Under the pieces are notes generated by a model that ran no database searches, was not told where the DNA came from, and saw nothing but the letters and a program-made list of their open reading frames with translations. Of a stretch of 64,000 nt of DNA, positions 26,601-38,500 are shown piece after piece (positions within the stretch are counted from its first letter, which is position 1; every line of letters begins with the position of its first letter). The translations under genes and the position numbers were made by a program. Origin of the DNA: Nymphaea colorata (taxonomy: Eukaryota); assembly GCF_008831285.2 (NCBI RefSeq), contig NC_045138.2:9920001-9984000 (forward strand). The letters run 5' to 3'.

Positions 26601-29600
26601 TCTCACCAGCTTCTTTGCCTTTTTAGATATATTTTTCAAACGGTTCAGTTCGCCTGGATCCTGTAACATTAAGTTTACAGAACATCTAACACAAGGAGTT
26701 GTGAAAAGTGACTATAACAGTCACAAAGAATACATATAATACCAAAAAGGCACTAAGGCCAAGTGAAGAAGAGTAATACTCATTCAATAAACAATATAAA
26801 GGCTGTAAAACACAGCTTATCCTTTACAAAGACTGTTACAAGGATATTTATAAGAGAGAATAAGAAGAGATGAGCTAAACTAGCCGTTGGGCTAGTTCCA
26901 ACAGCTCTTAATAGAGCTGTTGGAACTGCCAACGGCTAGTTTGGCAGAAATAATAAAAAAATCAAAAATAAAAAATAAAAAATAAAGAGAAAAGAAAGAA
27001 ATAAACTAAATCCTAAACTAATTCCTAACTAATCCTAAACTAGCTCTTAACTAAGATAATACCTAATTAAGAGATAACAACAATAAGAAATCATATTTCT
27101 TAACACCCCCCCTTAAACTTACGGTGCTATCACCGAAAGTTTATCTAAAAGAAAGTTGAATCTGGGAGAACATAGAGGCTTTGTGAAGAAATCAGCCAGC
27201 TGGAACTCGGAGGAGACATGGAAGTTTGATAGTCTTCTTCAAAAATTCTTCACGAACATAGTGACAGTCCATTTCTATATGCTTTGTTCGTTCATGGAAT
27301 GTTTGATTCTTGGCAATGTAGATAGAACTCTTGTTGTCGCAGCATAAATCAGTGGGTTCTTCTATCTTTATTCCCATATCAAGGAGCATTTGGCGAAGCC
27401 AGACAATTTCCATAGTTGTAGAAGCCATGGCTCGATATTCAGCTTCAGTAGAGGATAGTGAGACTTTCTGTTGCTTTTTGCATTTCCATGAGATGAGTGA
27501 TTCTCCTAGAAAAACACAAAATCCAGTAGTTGAGTGTCTATCATTAGGATCTCCTCCCCAATCAGCATCAGTATAAGCAATCAAGTTCAAGGAGGAAGAG
27601 GAAGACATAAATACTCCCTTGTTTATTGTTCCCTTAATATATCTGATGATACGAAGAACAGCTCCCATATGAACGGTTGATGGAGCATGTTGAAATTGAC
27701 TCACAGTATGAACTGCATGAGCAATGTCAGGCCGAGTGATGCTAAGGTACATCAAGGATCCCACAAGTTGTCGGTAAGGAGTGGGATTGGCAAGTGGAAC
27801 TCCATCATCAATCTTCATCTTGCTTCCTACTGCTTCAGGAGTTTCTGTGACCTTATCATCTGTTATGCCTGATTTAGCAATGATCTCTGCAGCAAACTTA
27901 GTTTGTGACAAAAAATATCCTCTAGTAGAATATGCAACCTCAATACCCAAGAAGTACGTTAGAAAACCTAAATCTTTCATTTCAAAAGTTTCTTGTAGTA
28001 ATTTCTTACATTCTCTAATACCTTCCTTATCACTACCTGTAATGATCATATCATCAACATACAGTAGAAGAATTATGATACCTGCAGTAGTATACTTAAC
28101 AAACAAGGCAGTGTCAGTTAAGCAAGAATGAAACCCATAATCAGAAATAACAGAATTAAAACGGTCAAACCAAGCTTTAGGAGCTTGTTTGAGGCCATAA
28201 AGAGCCTTCTTAAGTCTAAGAACTTTCCTTTGAGGAACAGACAACCCTGGTGGTACTTCCATATAAACCTCTTCCATAAGATCCTCATTTAAAAAGGCAT
28301 TTTTAACATCTATTTGATAGATATTCCAATTTTTAACAGATGCTAAAGCAATAAGGGTCCTAACAGTAGTCATTCTAGCTAGAGGGGCAAAGGTTTCCTC
28401 ATAGTCAATACCATATTCTTGAGTGTAACCTTTGGCAACAAGCCTTGCTTTATACCTTTCTAGGGATCCATCACTTTTAGTTTTCACCTTGTATACCCAC
28501 TTGCATCCAATTGTCTTTTTCCCTATAGGTAAATCTTGTATTTCCCAAGTTTGGGCTTTTCTCAAGGCATCCAATTCTTCTAACATGACATTCTTCCACT
28601 CAATATATTTGGATGCTTCATTAAAAGTAGAAGGTTCAAAGTGAGAGTGGATGACATTAATTCTAGCTCTATGAGATGGAGTAAAAGTTTCATAAGACAC
28701 AAACCTATTGGGTTGTCTTACATTTCTAGTGGATCTCCTAAGGTTTTCTCCACTTTGAGTTGGTTGGAGATCAATGGTCTCATGATGTTCTTCTTCACCA
28801 ACTTCTTGTTGCCGGTTTCTTCTATGATAAGTGATTATATCCTTGGCCATTCTACTATCATTACCACCAGTGTTGCTATCATCACCATCATGCATTTCAT
28901 CATCACATTGAGAAAAGAACTTAAATAAAAAGGAATAATCATTATTGTGTTGTGACTCCCCACAATTTTTAAAACCACTTTCATCTTCACAAAACCTTAC
29001 ATTCCTTGAGACAATGATCTTGTTTTTAATTGAGTCATAACATTTGTAGCATTTTTGGGTTTCAGAATAACCAATAAAAGCACATTCAATAACTTTTGAA
29101 CTTAGCTTATCAGCCTTGTCATTAAGAACAAAACATTTGCATCCAAAAATACGAAGTCTATTGAAATTGGGTTCATACTTGAATAATTTTTCAAACGAAG
29201 TGGTATTATGTAAAACTTTTGAAGGCATTCTGTTTATAAGATAAACAGAGGCAAGTGCGGTTTCAGCCCAAAAGTTTTTAGGCACATTTTTGGAAATAAG
29301 AAGGGTTCTTGTTGTTTCAATTATGTGCCTATGTTTTCTTTCTGAAAGTCCATTTTGTTGAGGTGTTCTTGGACAAGATTTTTGATGGACTATCCCATAG
29401 TTTTTCAAATATCTTTCGAACTCATTTGAAATGTATTCACCTCCGGAATCAGTCCTTAAAATTTTTAATTTAGCATTGAATTGTGTTTGTACTAACATGT
29501 GAAAATTTTTGAATATCTCAAAAACTTCGGATTTATTTTTTAGGAAATATATCCAACAATACCTAGTGAAGTCATCAACAAAGATCACATAATATGATAG

Positions 29601-32497
29601 CCCTCCTTTTGACATGATAGGAGAGGGTCCCAATACATCGGAATGAACAGGCTCAAAAGGCAAAGAAGAGAAGAAGTTCCTTTCTCCAAAAGATAAAGAT
29701 TTCATTTTTCCATGTATACAATCATTACATTTAAAATTTTCAATACAAATATTCTTGGTAGGGTTCATCATAGACAATTTTCTAACATTTGGATGACCTA
29801 ATCTTTGGTGCCAAACATTGATGTCCACATTTTCAACATAGTGACAAAACTTTTCTTTGGGGATGCATAAATTGTCCATGTAGTAAAGGTCCCCTTTTCT
29901 AAAACCTCCCCCAATCAATCTCTCGGTTTGGTGATCCTGCACCAAACATTTATTTGATGAGAAAACAACATCAAATCCAAGATCTGAGATTTGTGACACA
30001 GAAAGTAAGTTAAGATTAAGTTTAGGAACATAACTAACTTTTGGAACAAAAATTTTTTGTTTTCCAAATTCTTTTTCAAAATTCCCAATCCCTTTAACAC
30101 TTAAAGAAGTTCCATCGGCGGTAACAACATTTGATTCTTTTCTTGTTCTTTCAAATTTGGTCAAAGATGATATATTTGGTGTCATATGAAAAGATGCACC
30201 AGAATCTAAAAGCCAAGAAAACATACCAGGAGTGTTGGAGATGGATGCCGTTGTTGCTAGTGCTCCGGAATTTGACTCCTTGATCATGGGTTGAAGGGCT
30301 GTCATGATTTGATTCAACGTTGTGGATATAGATGATAGATCACATCCTTCATTTGTGACATTTGCGGCCTTTCTTTGATCAAATTGTCTAATGTTGTAAT
30401 GTCCACCTTGAGGATATGAAATTCCCCGGTTGTGTTGCCCTCCTTGTGGATATGAAGTTCCTCCTTTGAGAAAATTTCCTCCAAGATTCCGCGATTGTCC
30501 TTCATTGTTGTTCAACTTTGGGCAACTAGGTCTTATGTGACCCGGTTCATGACAAAAGTGGCAAATAACTTTATATTCTCTTCTAATTTTATTCTTAAAG
30601 TGAGGAGGTCTAAAAGACTTGATGTTGTTTGCAGGTCTAGAGGCGGCTAAGGCTCTTTCTTCTTCTTGTTTTGAGACAAGAACACTATCTTTATCCATTT
30701 CTTTGGATAGTTTCATTCTAGTTTCCTCTCCACTTAGCTTTGTAAGAAGTTCATGAATGAGTGGAGGAGAGGATGAATAAAGAAGGGCTGACCTTATTTG
30801 TTCAAATTCGAGCCGTAGCCCTTGAAGGAATTGAAAAAACCGAAATTCATCTATTTCATTTCTTCTAATCTCATGGCATTTGCAGTCCAACCCTAGTTCG
30901 GGACTTAGTTGATCTAACTCATTCCATACACTAGAGATTTCCATGAAAATTTCTCTAACATTTTTCTCTCCTTGCTTGATACTTTGGGCCTTTTGAATCA
31001 AAAGATACTTTCGGGCCATATCTTTTTGGGTGAACATTCCCTTAAGATATTCCCAAACTTCACTAGCCTTTTCATAATACATAAGATTTTGGGCAATTCT
31101 AGGTTCAATACTTCCATAAATCCATTCTTTAATCCTAGAATTTTTAGCTTCCCAATCGTCTAATTTTTTGTAATATTCATTCATAGCATTTTGTTTTTCC
31201 ACTCCATCTAGTTGTTTTTCAATCCCATTTTCTATTTTGGTCAACTTGAGAGTGGGAGGGATAGACGTACCTCTTATGAAGCCCCATAAATATTTTCCTT
31301 TGATATGCATTTCCAAACATTTTTCCCATAGTGTATAATTGGTTCCGTCAAGCTTGTATGGAGCATAATAGCTTCCTCATTCAATTGAAACTTTGGAGTC
31401 TTCCATGAGAGCAATACTTGAAACAATAATCTCCAAGGAAGTCAAGAAAAAACTCTTCTAGAAATTTCACCAAACAGTTGGTGAGCAACCGCAGCAAAAA
31501 GGCCTTCAAGAAATTATATCCTCCAGCAAAGAATCTCTTCAATCAAACCAACAACATAAAATCTCAGCAGCAGCCTTTAACAAGCTTTGAGAATCAGCCC
31601 AATGGCTCTGATACCATGTGAAAAGTGACTATAACAGTCACAAAGAATACATATAATACCAAAAAGGCACTAAGGCCAAGTGAAGAAGAGTAATACTCAT
31701 TCAATAAACAATATAAAGGCTGTAAAACACAGCTTATCCTTTACAAAGACTGTTACATGGATATTTATAAGAGAGTAATAAAAAAATAAATAATAAAAAA
31801 TAAAAAATAAAGAGAAAAGAAAGAAATAAACTAAATCCTAAACTAATTCCTAACTAATCCTAAACTAGCTCTTAACTAAGATAATACCTAATTAAGAGAT
31901 AACAACAATAAGAAATCATATTTCTTAACAGGAGTCTGCTATAGATGTTATTTCTTTGTTGATTACAATTTCCCTACACTAACAAAGTGGAAGCACTATT
32001 CATAGTAACTTGGAGAATACTTGTTTTGCCTGCTTGTTCATCAATTTCTTTCATCTAGTATCTTAAAAGTTAAATTAAATGTGCATCTTTTGCTTGTCTA
32101 GATGCATCGTCCGATTTCAAAATATTGTCCCTAGTGGAAAATGAACTAAAAAATTTATGATCCTATTGTTCCATCTGTTACAAATCTAACATAATATGCT
32201 ACACATATTTTGGATATTTCTGTACTCTGCCACAAACAAAAGTTGTTCTCTCACTTCATGATAAAAGGAGGCCTTGGATCCAGGTCCTAACCTACCTACT
32301 GCCTCAAACATTGTTTCAAACAGAAAAACCTAAGTTACACGGTGCGCTAGATTGGTCCTGGTACTCGCGTCGCTATGTGGGTATGCTGTACCGTTTGCAT
32401 ACAGCTATGGTAAGTTTCTTTTTTTTCTTTTTTTTCTCTCTTTCTAAATGTAAAGGAAAGAAAAAAGTGTGATGTAGTTCTTGAAAGAAAACAAAAA

Positions 32498-32534
<37 letters not shown>

Positions 32535-35500
32535 GGGGAACGAGAGAGAGGGAGAAAGAGAAGGGAGTACTTGTGTGTCTCCACTGTTCATGATGAGGGA
32601 GAGAGAGGCTTTTGGTTTAAGGGTTTTGTCCTTTACTCCCTTTTAAAGAGGTATTCCTTCTCAGTTTTTACTTAATCACCTTTCTTACTACTCGTATTGC
32701 AAATAAAAACCTTTTTTAAAACTTGCGAATGAACGATAAAAACTTCAGAAGTTTTTAAAAATTCTCAAATATGATAATAAGCTTTGCCCATATATATGTA
32801 TATATAACCTCCACCATTTCCCCATACCGACATTGAAAAAATTTTTCATATCCGCACTCGCATTGCTATACCTAATGTTGTTAAAGGCATATTGTAACAT
32901 GTATCACTCGAGCTACCCTATACGCATATCGTTAACGTAGCATAAATTTATTTGTTAATTAATAAAAAATCAGAAAAAATTGGGAAAGATATAGAAAAAG
33001 TCGGAGAAAACCTTGAAAAATCAAGAAAAATGTGTTCTATGTAGAAAAACTCATTATACACACAATGAACATTCATGACCAACACATTAATAAAACAAAG
33101 TCTGAACTTTAAACTTTAAACTTTAAAGTATTTTATATGACATCAAAATGTATAATCCATAGTTGTTTATCGTCAAATGAGAATTGAAATAATGTTTATG
33201 ATACATAAGATCATGATTATTATCAGTCGATACAAGAATCGTTGTCTTGTTCATCTTCTTCCCCATCCCTTCAAGCTGGTGATTTCTCCCTTAAGACAAT
33301 GATTTCTTTGCGATTTCCTTTTAAAATAGTGAAAGCTCACCTCTCACAATCTTAGAAGCGTTGAAAATGAAATGAGAGAGGAACTAAAGGGGTATCTGAA
33401 GATTCTGAACCCTTTTTGAAAAGCAGAGCCATATCATAGATGGCCTGTATCGGCCGTATCATATGATATAGAGGCCGTATCATTGTCTGAAATTCCTTGA
33501 TGTAGTTTTGTTGAGAACTTGAGATATAGAGGCCGTATATAGAAGCCCAAATCTTCTTTCATATATTGATTCCTTGATGTAGTTTTGTGTTATTGCATTC
33601 ACACCACTATTTTTTCAGTTTGAAAATACAAATCAATAGTCTTGTGGTTGTTGTGATCTTAGTGCCATTTGAACATTCTCCTGGTCCAGGATAGAGGACG
33701 ATCTTCCCTCATGGCTCATACATGGCACTATAGCAGTGAAAAACATGAAAAAAAACCTGTTTTCCCTTTTTTTGGATGACCTTTTTTTACGTTTTTGACA
33801 ATTTTTTTCTTCTATTTTTGGCTTTTTTTAAAAAAAAAAACATGTTTTTTCCCTTCCTTTTTTGGCTGACCTTTACGTTTTTAACACGTTTTCTTTTTAA
33901 AAAAATGTGTTTTCTATGCCTATGTCTTATACATGGCAATATAACAGTAGATTCATTTGTCCTTTTTGGAAACTTCCAAATATTGACCAATGGCGATCTT
34001 TATCAACTCATTGCTATTTTAGATTCTCATGTTGTCTGTAATTCCAATTCCATTTAACTCCCCATAGGACTGTAAGCCTCCTTTGATTGTGCACGTGTAA
34101 CTGAATTCATATCTGCAGCACTCTTTATGTCCTATTTCATATTGATCTTCCAAATTTTATAGTTTTCGTGCTTTTGAAGGTTCTTTGTTAAGGTTAGAGC
34201 GAGAACCACTTGCACTTGCATTTTGGAGGGCTAATCCACAATCAGCTGGATAACTTGGGCTTGCATCTCTAACGAAATACTTTAAAAAGTAATTAGTAAT
34301 CAAAAAATTAAATAGGCAAAGCATGAACAGAGGGAGATTTGTGTATATGTATAGTAGAATTCAGATATGCCAGATGCCAGGTGTTGTCGGATGGCTAATA
34401 TGTAGCTGTCACAGATGTCATTCTTGGGTTTTTGTTCGATATTAAATGGAAGCTTCTTCTTGGGTAAAACTTCGGCATGCGTAAAATTGGAAAATATAAA
34501 AACTACTAAAAAATTATGAAATTTTGAGTTTTCTGTTATTTTTTTTTACAAAAAGAGATTGATTAAAATCTAAAATAGTCTTTAAAATATTAAAGGAAAT
34601 ATAAAAAATTAAAGTATATTGAAGCATTTTTTCCTAAACATCGAAAAGAGCCATATTTTAAATTTGGAATTTTTTTTGAAATATTGTGATTTACTCCTTC
34701 CTTCATTTTTTCTTTATTTTCTTGTTTTTTGAATGTGTGTGTGTGTGTATATATTGGGGGGAGAGAGAGAAAGAGGCTGGGAAGGAGAGAAAGAGAAAAC
34801 GAAAGGAATGGAAGAAGAAGGTGGAAGAAGAATGAAGTATCAATATGACCAGTATCTACTTTGAGTTAAAAGAACGAAAAATGATCCTGCATGTGCGTGT
34901 GTGCATATGTGTATGATCATGCTTAATTGTGGTGGTACTCTTACCATTATTTATGTGCTATACTTTTGATTTTCACAAATTTAACCTTCGATCTTGCTTA
35001 GTTTGATTTGTTTTTTTACTTCCATGTGTTAAATCGGACATTGACTGTTTGAACCCTTTGTAAAGTAACCCATATTCATGACTTTTTTCAGTTTCAAAAC
35101 TTCTGTATATAGTAAGCTTCAGAACATGTGTTCATGTTTGTCTCAGTATGCCTTATCCTTAATTGTGTTTATTGTTCTTAGTATGGATGCTTTTGTTGTT
35201 GAAGTTACTGTTCATGCAAGTTCAGTTCTGATTTTAATGTTAATTTGAGTATATATATTATTATATTATTACTGCTGGCATTTCTAGTGCCTGCCCTGCC
35301 CACTTGCCCAGCTAGGGGGGAGGAGGGGTGGGAGGGGGTAATTGGAGAGAGTGAGAATGAGGAAAAGGAGAAAAGCTTTTGTTATTTTTAGATCGTTCAT
35401 TCTAAAGTTACTTTCTGTATATTAGTGCAACATAAGTTATAATTTGGATACTTGATCTGTAGTATTTGAACATGATTATCGTAGTGGTCATTTTTATGAA

Positions 35501-38500
35501 AAATGACTTGTAAATACAAGTTCCAAGTCATAGTTATATAATGATATTTTGGTCATTTATGAAGTTTAATCCAATGTTATCACTGCCGTATCGTATCGTG
35601 TATCGGTCGGGCCGACCTATACGCCGTATCGTAACGTATCGTAAAATTAATTTTTTAATTTGTAAAAAATTCTAAAAAAATCCGAGAAATTCTAAAAAAA
35701 TCAGAAAAATTCTAAAAAAATCCGAAAAAACTAGTAAAAATCAGAAAAATACAAGAAAAATGTATTTAAAGGAACATTCATCATTCATGTGTGTGAAGTA
35801 TAACCTATGAAGTATGCATATGAACAAGACATTCCAAAATAAGAAATCAAACATTCAAAAAACAAAATAACATACTAAGCAACCTAAGAGTATTCAATTA
35901 CATCACAATTCATAAGTTCAAAAGTCAAAACTCAGAACATATTGACATAGTTTTCAAAACTCAAAACAAAAAGCTTCGTCAATCGTCATTTGCATCATCA
36001 TCTTCATTCTTCATCATCATCTTCATTTTCTTCATTAACTGCTTTTTCTATCCCCTCTGTTGCAAATGGAATGTCACCAACATTCCATTGCTCTCCCCCA
36101 GCCTCTCCTTCACCAATAATCTCTGCTGCTCCTTCAACGTTCAAAAAATCAAGATCGTCCTCATCAAGTATTGCAGATGGTTCTTCTTCAACCCAAGAAT
36201 CTAATATATCAAAATGGTCAATGAAGATAGGATCATATTGATTGTGATGCTTCCTCATAGATGTTGTTTGTAGTTGCCTAACAAGAGAAAAATTGAACAA
36301 ATTGTTAGAGATTAAAATATATATTAGAATTTGCTATTTTGTATAACAAATGTTTACCTTTGTCTCAACTTCATATTGTAACGAACGTAAACAAGGTCAT
36401 TCAACCTTTTATGTTCCAGCTTGTTCCTCTTCTTACTGTGGATGTGTTGAAATACACTCCAATTTCTTTCACATCCAGTTGCACTACATGTTTGGCTGAG
36501 GATTCTAATTGCAAGCTTCCTTAATTCTGGGCAATCAGGCCCAAACCTTTCCCACCACAAATCTAATAACAGATGGAAAGTAAAAATGTTGTCAGAATAA
36601 ATATGTGAGAAGGTAGAATAAAAGCTAAACAACAAAAAAAAAAGTATAAAGTCTCTTTTTCCAATACCTGGACGCATAGTTGTCCTGCATCGAACTGCTG
36701 TGTCTCTCGCCATGGTACCAGAAGTCGTATCATATTTGTTGATCGACATATGGATAGCGTCTTGTTCTTTACTATCACTTACTAATACATCAATACAATC
36801 CAACATGCCATACTCGACCTCTCTGTCCTTCTTAAAAGTGGGAAGATATCTAATAGCAGGATTTAGGTAGTAGGCTGCTGCATGAAGTGGGCGATGAAAT
36901 TGTCCTGACCACCTTTCATCTATAATCTTCCATATAGGCATATACAACTTCTTTTTCCCCTTCATATTATCTCTAATGGCCTCCTTGGCTCTGTCCATAG
37001 ACTCATATAAATATCCAATAGAAGGTCTATCTTCACTATCAACTAATCTGAGGACTTTCACTAGAGGTACACAAATCTTCAATAAGTGCACACATGATTC
37101 CCAAAAGTCAGCATCGAAGATGGTATCCACAACTGTCGTTGCCTTTCTTTTATAGGCATGTGGATATGCAGCCCAATCATCACTTGAAAACATCTGCCTG
37201 ATAGAAGTTCTTTGCTTGACTATACCCTGCACAGTCAAAACATTTGTAGCAAACCGTGTTTGTGCAGGTCGAATCAATTCAGCCCCATTTGTGAATTTCC
37301 TCATCAAATTCAAGACATAAGCATGATTATAAATAAACTTCGTGATTTCTTGGCATCTATGAACTGTCAACTTCATATCATCTCTTTCACCAAGATCCTG
37401 AAGCATAAGATTTACACAGTGAGCAGCACATGGACTCCAATAAAATGTCCCATATCGTGCTGCTAACATTTCACCTGCAGCTTTATAATTTGCTGCATTA
37501 TCAGTGATAAATTGTACGACATTTTCAGGCCCAACTTCTTCTATAACTTTATCAAAAATCCCAAGCAACACATCAGCAGTCTTAGGAGTATCAGACAAAT
37601 CAACAGATTTTAAGAACATAGTACCAAGAGGGCAATATACAAGGAAGTTTACCAATGTTCTGTTCTTGATGTCTGTCCACCCATCTGCCATTACACTGCA
37701 TCCTGTAGCTTTCCAGCTCAATTTTAGTTCATCACAATATATCTTCACATCTCTAACTATATTGTTGAGAATTTTACCTCGCAATTTATGAAAAGATGGC
37801 ATTTTATACCCTCGCCCTACACTAGCAATCGCATCTGCTATAGGCTGATAATGATAAGAGTTTGCTGCATTGAAGGGAATGGATGCATCATAGAACCACC
37901 TTCCTATGGTTTCATCTGTTGCTTCAACAATATCTTTTGATTACATGGTTATACGAATCTCAGGCTGAGCACCAGCAACAGTATAATTGGGAAAAAAATT
38001 CTTGATCGAACCAGACATATTGCTTGACCTCATAGTAGGTACTCTACCACCACCAGTACGACCACTATGACTCCTACCACGTCCTCGTGAAACTGAACTT
38101 ATATTTGCACCTCTTCTTTTTCTGGTTGCTGTTGCAGAAGAACCACCTCCACGCATGATGCCTTTCCCTTTAGCTGTTCCCAAACTGACACCAACATCTT
38201 CTTCTTCAAGCTGAATATCTTCACCTTCACTTTTTTCCTCTTCATGTGGGTCCCCATATCCTTCCTCTGCATCTTCCATTTCCTTTTCAATCCTACTTGC
38301 TTTCACTGCATCAAGAAGCTCTTGACACTGGTGCTTTACATACGCTGGCAATGGGTTCTCTTGGGAGCCATTGCATTGAGCCACATCGCTGTGTGTACCA
38401 GCTATATGGTGTTTAAAGCGAGAGATCCCTCCTGATATGATTTCCTTACAATAATTGCATTTAACTCTTAATCTATCTTTGGGATTCACCCTTGTACACC

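Larger units (their letters stand above)
26700..31930 (-). mobile_element. Ty1/copia LTR retrotransposon (copia-2), young, near intact, 5231 bp (Ale-like size, inferred)
   Basis: LTRs 31617-31930 (5') and 26700-27105 (3'); PBS TGGTATCAGAGCC (31604-31616); PPT 27106-27114; perfect TSD GGAGT (26695-26699, 31931-31935). Confidence 0.98.

Noticed and set aside
27331..28928. Plus-strand ORFs overlapping copia-2
   Set aside because: Antisense shadows of the RT/RNase H frame.
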